Assembly: GCA_964016885.1 (NCBI GenBank)
Contig: OZ024745.1
Span: forward strand, 118,482,001-118,546,000
DNA: 64,000 nucleotides
Reading direction: 5' to 3'
Origin: Eledone cirrhosa
Lineage: Eukaryota
The translations under genes and the position numbers were made by a program. The first letter of the stretch is position 1. Each line of letters opens with the position of its first letter. Positions 54,621 through 64,000 of the stretch are shown here, one piece after another. A model generated the notes under the pieces. It worked only from the letters and a program-made list of their open reading frames with translations, ran no database searches and was not told the origin of the DNA.

Positions 54621-55101
54621 ATGGAGGACATAAAATAATGATGATAATGATGATATATTTCGAACAATGCATTATATATAAAGGCTGCAACTGACGAAGA
54701 CATTACAAAACACAGGGTGGAAAAGTGCAAGAAAGTGCAGTCAACAACAGACAGGTTAATAAATCAGAATTAAAATTTAAAAAAAAGAAAGAAACATTTG
54801 TAGCAACATGTTACTTCAATGATAAATGAAAAGGTTAAATATAACCAACATAACTCAATAACTGCATTGATAGTAGCATGACCATTAAGTTGTTTGCCAT
54901 CGGGAAAGAGGAGAAACTATTAAAAATTCATTATACAATGCATATAGAGGACATGTGTATGTGAATGAGTAGGCAAGCAAGTCAGTTAATATTAATGTGT
55001 GTTTAGATGTATACACTAATATATCTACAAAAACACACACATGCACGACAGGGTGCAAACACTCGCAATAAAAAAAAACACTTAAATAACGAATATATAT
55101 A

Positions 55102-55450
55102 TAGTGTCAATGTGCGCGAACGACCAAGCATAGACGAGTTGAGAAAGAAACTGGGTATAAGAGGGATATGTTGTGGTGTGCAGGGGAGAAGGCTGAGATG
55201 GTATGGACATGTGATGCGCATGGAGGATGACCGCTGAGTAAAGAAGTGCCAAGAAATCCCAGTAGAATAAAGACGCAGTAGAGGTAGACCACGTAAAACA
55301 TGGGCGGAGGTGGTGAGAGCAGACCTCAGATCGCTGAAACTCACCGAGGAGATGACGAAGGACCGTGACAAGTGGAGAGATGCTGTGCTGAATAGGACCC
55401 GTCCAACCCTGGCAAGCAGGGAAAAGTGGACATAAAATGATGATGATGAT
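55102..55450 (+). mobile_element. RTE LINE 3' fragment
   Basis: SIDELRKKLGIRGICCGVQGRRLRWYGHVMRMEDDR, ending in a (GAT)n tail. Confidence 0.9.
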
Positions 55451-55456
55451 ATATAT

Positions 55457-56085
55457 ATCATCATCCTCATCATCATCATCATCATCATCATCATTTAACG
55501 TCCATCTTCCATGCTAGCATGAGATAGACGGTTTTGTTCCATTTGATGCGGGAGTGGTCAAGAGACCGTGTCTCGCTTGTACAGAACTGTCTCTGGCAGG
55601 TTTTTTACAGCTGGATGCCCTTCCTAACACCAACCACATTTACAGTGTGGACTGGGAGCCTTTTTACTGTGTCTCCTACACAACCACCTTACAGTGTGGA
55701 CTGTAGTGTCATCGACACATTATATATAACCGTCTTCTGTATAACATCCATTATCCATGTTTGTATGGGTTAGACAGGTTGTCACATAATGAGATAAATC
55801 AGGTCAGGTGACCATACATTGCTCCTACAGATCTGTATCTTGGCTTGGTTTCTATGGTTGGATACCCTTTCTAATGCCAATCACATTACAGTGTGTACTG
55901 GGAGGTTTTTCATGACACCCATACCACTTAACAAGGTGTACTGGGTCATTTTCATTGTGGCACCTGAACAACCATCTAATGTGGTACCAGCATAACCATC
56001 TTACAGGGTAGACTGTGGGATTTTGTTGTTGTGGTAACAGACTATCACTGTACAGGGTGGACTGGGCTCTTTTTCTCATAGCATT
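55457..56085 (-). mobile_element. Two tandem family-C RTE-tailed elements
   Basis: Tails at about 55490-55525 and 55740-55775, each followed by a ggatgcccttcctaa-like core and tandem ttacagtgtggactggg units. Confidence 0.72.
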
Positions 56086-56199
56086 TGCCCTGTGGGAGAG
56101 CAGATGTGGAGCATCTCTAGCTTTCCATGCATGCCTTAGTTGGATAGGAGAGGTGTATGAAGAGTGTGAAAGGTAGAATGAGAGGACTACATCTAGTTC

Positions 56200-57730
56200 A
56201 TACTAGATGTGATGCACATGACAAGAGGAAGGAGACAGGTATACACATGTCATAGAATGCAATTGTAGTAAAGCTCTAGCCAGACAGAGGGAGACATGGT
56301 GGTGGAACAACACTGTAGATAGAGCTGTTATGAAAAGAGGCTGGTGTGGAAACAATGGAGAAATGGGAGCAATAAAGATTGATATCAAGTCGTTAAAAGA
56401 GAAGCTAGATGAGAGATAACTTGCAGAGAAGATGAAGATTTGCCAATGTCAGAAGGAGGCCTGGAAATGCTATTATAAGAAGCTGATGGATATGGAGAAT
56501 GAGTGGAAGGAAGAGAAACTACCTCAAGCTGACCCAACAGGAGGACCAGCTATCGAAATTAACAGTTATAGGGTTGGTTAAGGTAGAAATCAAGGAAATA
56601 AAAAATGGTAAGGCCACCAGGCCATCAGAAATAGTCGCTGAGATGCTGAAATCTTCGGGACAAGTTGGAGTTAAAATAGACACTGGCATAATCAATCAGG
56701 TAATACAAGATGGAGTCTCACACAATAACTGGCGTAGTAGGATACTACAAGGGAAAAGGGGATGCACTAGAAAACAGCAATTACAGGGGCATAAAACTAA
56801 TGGACCAGGTGATGAAAGTGACAGAAAGACTTAGCACAACTAATTAGGGAAATAGTCAAACTAGATGAGATGCAGTTCAGTTTTATGCCAGAGAGAAGTA
56901 GTACAGATGCCCTCTTCCTAGTGATACAACTACAAGAGAAGTTCCTAGCTAACAATAGGCTGCTATATTTAGCTTTTTGTTGATATAGAGAAGGTTTTAC
57001 AGAGTACCTCGATCTGTGGTCCTTAATGAAATGAGGTGTAATAGAAGGGCTCATAAGAACAGTGCAGGCTATGTGCAGAGGAGCTGTTAGTAAGGTGAGA
57101 GCAGGCAATGAGTTTGATAAGGAATTCAATGTGCAAGTAAGTGTTGATCAGGGGTCCATCCTCAGCCCACTCCTGTTTATCATAGTTCTGCTGACCAAAA
57201 CAGAGAAGTTTAAGACAGGTTGCCCATGGAAACTTGTGTATGCTGATGACCTGATTCTAATAACTAAATCTGTGTACAAAGTAAGATGTTGCATGGTAGT
57301 GAGTCATGGGCAGTGAATGTGGAGGATGTGCGAAGGATGGAGAGAAATGAGGCAAACGTGCTTCGGTGAATGTACAATGTTAATACAAGTGAAATGCAAT
57401 AGATAGATGAGCTGAGAGAGAGGTCGGATATAACAGGAATTAGTGTGTAGGAGAGAAGACTGAACTGCGTTATGGACATGTGATGCATATGGATGATGAC
57501 CATTGGGTGAAGAAATGCCAAGAAACCCTCATAGAAGAGAACTGTGGTAGAGGGAGACCAAGGAAAACCTGGGCAGAGGTTATCAGAGCTGATCTCAAAT
57601 CACTGAGTCTCAGAGAAGATGACGAAGGCGAGAGACAAGTGAGAGATGCTGTGATGGAAAGAACCCGTCCAACCCATGCAAGGATGGAAAAACAGACGTA
57701 GACAGTAGAACATTGATGATGATGATGATA
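56200..57730 (+). pseudogene. Degenerate RTE LINE ORF with internal deletions
   Basis: KNGKATRP, NYRGIKLMDQ, MQFSFMPERSSTDALF, QGSILSPLLF, YADDLIL, RGRPRKTW, then a (GAT)n tail. Confidence 0.88.
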
Positions 57731-58206
57731 CCGAAGACATCCATTAATATAAAGAACAACAAAAATTCTTCCAAACAAACATATGCATGTACATTTACAG
57801 CCGCACAGAGACACCAAATGAAATGATACACATGCAGAGCAGGCAGTTAAACCAGTGCACATCAAAGATTATTAATAATCAGATTATAACATAAACACAA
57901 CAGGATTACATAACATTCTATAAAGAAAAGCAATTGGCCTTGCCCATATTGAAGCTGAATACTACTAGGTCAAACAAACAATAATTCAGTTGCCTGGACC
58001 TCTCTCATTCTCTCTCCATATATATATATATACACACACACGTTCACACACTGTATATAGTGTCAATACTTAACAAGAGCCACTAACCTCTCAGTTGAGT
58101 GGAAGTAAATATCTCACTTTAAAGAATGCACATGGTGCAATTCATTGTGGCACCAGCAGATTGTTGTCATCAGCAGACCGGATTGGTACTCAAAGCAAAA
58201 GTACTG

Positions 58207-58276
<70 letters not shown>

Positions 58277-58339
58277 CACATATATATACATATATATATA
58301 CAAATATATACATATATGTATATATTTATTTATTTATTT

Positions 58340-58935
58340 AGCCAAAGCTAAACAGAAAAAAATGAATGGAATAACAACAACACCCAAACAAACAATTCTG
58401 ACCTAAGAGAAATATAAATAAATAAATAAATATATACACAACCACAATAACAACAAACACATATAAACACACACTAGTAAACTAAGATAGAATACAACAA
58501 CCAAAACACAGTCACCCAAACGCGAACACACACCAAATACTATACGCAAACGCATGCGCAGAGAAGAAGACAAAAATAAATAAATAAATAAATAAACAAA
58601 TTAAATAAAGATGGCATAAATATACAATACAACAGGGGGAACATAATATCACCACTGACGATGTTGCAGATGTGCAATGAAAGAACTTTGTTAGACTATA
58701 TATATGTGTTTATATCTATATTATATCTGTATTTTTGACCGTTGGTCAGTCAATGGTAAACATTGAGGACCGAATGAATTAACTGATATAAAAGATACAG
58801 AAACGAAAACCAACCATACAGTGAGTGTGTTCTGTTATTAATTCTGGCAATATTATTACAACAATATGACCCTCCCCATATATAACAATATCTGTTTCGA
58901 CACAATTTCATATCAAAAACCTCACAAAACAAATT
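58340..58935 (+). mobile_element. Penelope-like pLTR, second locus
   Basis: Colinear with about 10300-10925, including gctaaacagaaaaaaatga (LNRKK*) and the hammerhead core at 58655-58682. Confidence 0.8.
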
Positions 58936-58966
58936 CATCGCCGTCATACTTATATATATATTTATA

Positions 58967-59300
58967 TGGCTTAGTGATTAGAGCATTGGCCTTGCAATCG
59001 AAAGGTTGTGAGTTCAATTCTCAGACCGGGTGATGTGTTGTTTCCTTGAGCAAGACACTTTATTTCACATTGCTCCAGTTTACTCAGCTGTAGAAATGAG
59101 ATGATAGGGACTTGGGTCCCTATCATTCCACTGCAAAGTGGTCGTGCAGGTGCCACGGCAAAAAAGCACCCAGCACTCACTGTAAATGAGGTTGGTGTTA
59201 GGAAGGGCATCCAGCTGTAGAAATCAAGCCAGAATCAGTTCCCGTCTCACCCTTACAAGCAGGGGAAAGCGGACGTAAAATGAAATGATGATGATGATGA
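58967..59300 (+). mobile_element. SINE family B, near full length
   Basis: Near-identical to 2608-2938. Confidence 0.92.
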
Positions 59301-59310
59301 TATATAGATC

Positions 59311-59604
59311 TAGCTGTCGAAATGGCCAGAGCTCAGTCGTCGGGGTCCTGACTTTTTTCCTATTACCCACTCTATTACCCTAAGTTTCGAGTACTCTGGT
59401 GTGTTATGGTCCCCCTGGTTTCTTACTACACTTTCTTTGTTCTTTAGCTCTTACTTCCGTCGTGGAGCACTTTTCTACCCATACCACACTCAAATCAGAA
59501 CACTACTACCGAGCTTCAGTTCCTTACTTGAACAATACTCACCTAGCGTTCGGACCAAGCTGTCGAAACGGCCGGAGCTCAGCCATCAGGGTCCTGACTA
59601 TTTT

Positions 59605-59610
<6 letters not shown>
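59311..59610. mobile_element. Family H element with direct terminal repeats
   Basis: agctgtcgaaa.ggcc.gagctcag...gggtcctgact.ttttcctat at about 59312-59363 and 59558-59609. Confidence 0.8.
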
Positions 59611-59647
<37 letters not shown>

Positions 59648-59833
59648 ATTGTTTTTACTTTTGGCACAAGGCCAGCAATTACCCAGTAAATTACTGGTAC
59701 TTTATTTTATCGACCCCCGTAAGGATGAAAGGCAAAGTTAACCTCAACGGGATTTGAACTCAAACCGTAAAGGGACATAACTATGCTAGAAAGCATGGCG
59801 TCCGACCCTCTACCGATACTGCCAATTCACCAA
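59648..59833 (-). mobile_element. SINE family A
   Basis: Reverse of 17818-18018. Confidence 0.9.
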
Positions 59834-59908
59834 CGAACAAAGTAGAGGTGCTATATATGAGATTTATTGCTTAACCCAGTTACAAATGTTTCCCAGGCAT
59901 GTATATGG

Positions 59909-59956
<48 letters not shown>

Positions 59957-60507
59957 TCACCATTTTACATCTATTCTTCCATGCTAGCATGGGTTAGATG
60001 AGTTGTCCTGTTGTGGGCAATGCTAGGTCAGGTGTCTCTGTCTTGCTCATAATAATACAGCATATTTTTATTTTGTGATTCCAAACAACAAAATCAGGTT
60101 AGTTCTGGTTTCATTTGTTAGTTTGCTTTTATTCTTAAATTCTACCAATATTCTGTTGCTGCCTCAATCTCAATATGTATGTATTCATTTAAGGGTGGTG
60201 CCCGAGCATGACCTCAGCCTGATGCCTGGAACAGGTAAATGAATAAAACAATATATATGTGTATGCATGTATGCATGCATATATGTATACATATATGTAT
60301 GTGTGCCTACATCTATGTCAATATACATACATACACACATGTATATAAACATATAAACATATATACATGTATACATGTATGTTTATACATAGTTGAATCC
60401 CATTGAAAAATGTTATATAAATATTATTACACATGTCATATCTGATGACGTGTGGTTAATCCAACTGTGAATATTATTCCCTCAAACAGCCACCCATTAT
60501 TATTATT

Positions 60508-60712
60508 AGGGTGGTGGTTTGGCAAAGTCATTAGAGTATTAGACAAATGTTTAGCAGTATTTATTCTGACTCTTTACATTCTGAGTTCAAATCCTACTGA
60601 GGTCAACTTTGCCTTTCATCCATTCAAGGTCAATAAAATAAAGCCCCAGTAAGGAATTGGGGACTTCCCCTTCCCACAAAATGCTGGCCTTGTGCCTAAA
60701 TTAGAAATCATT
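60508..60712 (+). mobile_element. SINE family A, diverged variant
   Basis: B box, gcctttcatcc core and ctggccttgtgcctaaa tail. Confidence 0.8.
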
Positions 60713-60833
60713 AACTGACAGAAATAATTGAAAAAAAAGAAACACCAATATAAATGTGTAAATCTGTGTGTGTTTGTATTGTATATATAGACAACTCATG
60801 CTTGTGAGGGAAAATGGACTTTAACCCTTTAGT

Positions 60834-60925
60834 ATAGGCATGGACAACCTTTTTGAGAAGCGGGCTGCATGAGATATGGCTCACCATCAAATTTACATTG
60901 GTGCCCACATTAAAAAAAAGGTGGT
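60834..60925 (+). mobile_element. Possible hAT/Charlie-type terminal fragment
   Basis: taggcatggacaacctttttgagaagcgggctgcat resembles CAGGGGTGGGCAACCTTTT...GGGCCGCAT ends; no second end found. Confidence 0.35.
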
Positions 60926-60995
60926 AACTCAGGTTGTTTTGATTTGTTTCTTCAGAATTTGTACACACTCGATTGTAAAAATAATAGAAAGATAA

Positions 60996-61220
60996 ATTGG
61001 TGTATGTATGGTGATGATGATGATTGATGTGTGTGTGTGTGTGTGTGTGGACATTGGTGTATGTATGGTGATGATGATACATGTGTGTGTGTGTGTGTGT
61101 GTGTGAACATTGGTGTATGTATGGTGATGTGTGTGTGTGTGTGTGTGTGAACATTGATGTATGTATGGTGGTGTGTGTGTGTGTGTGTGAACATTGGTGT
61201 GTGTATGGTGATGATGAAAG

Positions 61221-61269
<49 letters not shown>

Positions 61270-61547
61270 CATTGGTGTATGTATGGTGATGATGAAAGAT
61301 GTGTGTGTGTGTGTGTGTGTGTGTGAACATTGGTGTATGTATGGTGATGATGAAAGATGTGTGTGTGTGTGTGAACATTGGTGTATGTATGGTGATGATG
61401 ATAGATGTGTGTGTGTGTGCGCGTGAACATTGGTGTATGTATGGTGATGATAGATGTGTGTGTGTATGTGTGTGTGTGAACATTGGTGTATGTATGGTGA
61501 TGATAGATGTGTGTGTGTGAACATGGGTGTATGTATGGTGATGATAG

Positions 61548-61606
<59 letters not shown>

Positions 61607-61632
61607 CATGGGTGTATGTATGGTGATGATGA

Positions 61633-61676
<44 letters not shown>

Positions 61677-61761
61677 CATTGGTGTATGTATGGTGATGAT
61701 GACAGATGTGTGTGTGTGTGTGTGTGTTTGAACATGGGTGTATGTATGGTGATGATGATAG

Positions 61762-61816
<55 letters not shown>

Positions 61817-61831
61817 CATGGGTGTATGTAT
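60996..61831. repeat. Minisatellite: GAACATTGGTGTATGTATGGTGATGATGATAGAT plus variable (GT)n
   Basis: About 15 units. Confidence 0.95.
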
Positions 61832-62806
61832 GCAAATGTAAATGAAATAAAAATACTACACATCAACACAAACCTACAGATGTGACTAGACTGTAACCAG
61901 TATGACCAGAAAAACTGTAGTTCACTTTATACATTGATATAATCCATTTACTTCCACAAATCCATATGTTTGTTGCTGTACAGAGAAGGACCTGTACAAC
62001 CCATGCAAGCATGGAAAGATGGATGTGATGATGATGAAAGAAATGCTATAAACATTATAACAAAACATGATACTAAGTTAATAATATCAACCCCTTTATA
62101 TAATTTTTATATTTAACATTTGTTTACAAATGAATGACACATTTACTTACACACATACATGGACGTGTGCATACACACACAGTCCCATTACATGAAAGAG
62201 AGAGAGAAAGAGAGATTAAGTTAAGGAAGGGGGAGAGTTAAGAAGTGTGTAGAAAATAAATAAATAAAAGTTATCGAACCCTGCTATCATTTTTTTTTCT
62301 TTCGTTTTCTTACTCTCTCATTGCTTCTCTCTGTCATCCTCTTTCTCTCTCTCTCTCGCATCCTCTCTTTCTCTCTCTCTCTCTCTCTCTCATGCCCCCC
62401 CCCACTCTCTCTTACCCACAGAATGGAGACAAAAAAACAAAAATGGATGATTTCTTTCGATATTCATTAGAAAATAAGATAAATTGAATTTAAAAGAATT
62501 CCTTGGTTTGCAAAGTAAATTTTTTGTACCATTACCTGTCCAAGTGTCTAGTGAATATGTATATGTAATTCTGAGGAGGTTGGTTCAGTAGTTTGTTAGT
62601 TTTAGGTGGACACACAGAATCAAAAACTTGCATTTATATATAAAAGGAACGATCAACTTTCGTCAAATCGGACCGAGGAAACATTGTTTCCATTGGTCTT
62701 TCCAATTGATAATACTATCTATCGGTCGCAACTCCAGGTAGAAGGAGCAACGTGAAGAGCGAGGTAACCAATCTTGCCTTAAGTGAATCATCTGGCAGGA
62801 AGGTAT

Positions 62807-62849
62807 ACGTTGCTGACGATAGCTAATAAGCTTGAAACTAGTACAGCGT
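62807..62849 (+). ncRNA. Putative minimal type-I hammerhead ribozyme
   Basis: ACGTTG-CTGACGA-TAGCT(AATA)AGCTT-GAAAC-TA-GTA-CAGCGT. 6-bp stem I, palindromic ACTAGT stem III, GUA cleavage triplet. Confidence 0.78.
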
Positions 62850-62920
62850 TCCTTTGTCAATGTTGAACAAACGAGCAACGATGGTTGCTAGACACTACGG
62901 CTTAATACATATATATATAC

Positions 62921-62969
<49 letters not shown>

Positions 62970-63272
62970 TACATATATACATATATATACATATATACAT
63001 ATATACATATATATACATATATACATATATATACATATATACATATACATATACATATATATACATATTTATATATATATATATATATACATATATATAC
63101 ATATATATATATATACATATATACATGGTGGGGATCCCATCACGTGGTTAATCGCCAGAGCGAAGCTATTGACGTCTGCTTTCTTCGGACGATGCAGTCA
63201 GACTCCCGTTCTTGTACCAGCGCTGCTGCTGATGCGATCGTCATAAGCAGGGAGGCAACTCTTGCTACACAC

Positions 63273-63341
<69 letters not shown>

Positions 63342-63435
63342 TACATATATATATACATATACACATATATACATATACATATATGCATACATATATATTC
63401 ATATATATACATATAAAAATGTGAAGAAATGATAA

Positions 63436-63533
<98 letters not shown>

Positions 63534-64000
63534 CGTGCGTGTGTGTATTTAAAAAAGACTAAACTATGACGGTCACTTGCAAAAGAGTATGACTTGGTAA
63601 TATGTACCATGCTTTTGCTAAGGGTTTTAGGCGTCCATACAGTTACAATTAACTACCAACAACCTCTCTCTCTACATCCAGCAGAACATTTATGATGTGA
63701 TAGCTGGTACTTTCTTTAGGACTCCCAAATGTTTGAAAAGTAAAGTGGACCTTTGTAGGTTTTAAACTGATCCAGAAGAAAATATACAACACTCTAATGA
63801 CTGTCAAAATCATCCATCACACATGTACTCCATCTTTTCTGTTTTAGTAAATAACAGTTATTTCCATTTCATAAAATATGCATACCATCATTTTCTCCAT
63901 TTGCCCTAGGGATTGAGCCAGTAGTGGAGGGGAATGGGGCTTGTTATTTCATTCAGGAATCGTTTGAATTGCACGGCTTTAAGTACTTACTATTCCTTCA

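Noticed and set aside
54691-54720. CTGACGA hammerhead start
   Set aside because: No paired stem II and no correctly placed GAAA.
60711-61869. His/Thr-rich ORFs and a CRISPR-like repeat-spacer appearance
   Set aside because: The spacers are just (GT)n, there are no cas genes, and the context is eukaryotic.

Overview
This is AT-rich eukaryotic DNA saturated with microsatellites and decayed transposons. The mix of repeats (RTE LINEs with (GAT)n tails, a Dong/R4-like LINE, two tRNA-derived SINE families, very long (TA)n tracts) suggests a coleoid cephalopod, probably Octopus; this is an inference. No intact host protein-coding gene is recognisable, and most ORFs in the track are translations of microsatellites. 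The identifiable content is: fragments of non-LTR retrotransposons from at least seven clades (Tx1/L1, R4/Dong-like, RTE, CR1, Jockey/L2-like, Ingi/Vingi-like, CRE-like); Penelope-like remnants, including one with inverted arms; more than 20 SINE copies; a TTAA/CCCT piggyBac-type MITE family; and several minisatellites. The most interesting signals are (1) at least five sequence-unrelated minimal type-I hammerhead-ribozyme motifs, (2) a small (TA)n-embedded element whose terminal module occurs as a fold-back hairpin in two copies and as direct repeats in a third, (3) a minisatellite built from a MITE terminus, (4) a 5'-to-5' junction of two different LINEs, and (5) a few weak candidate host exons. 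All alignments and folds were done by eye and boundaries are approximate.
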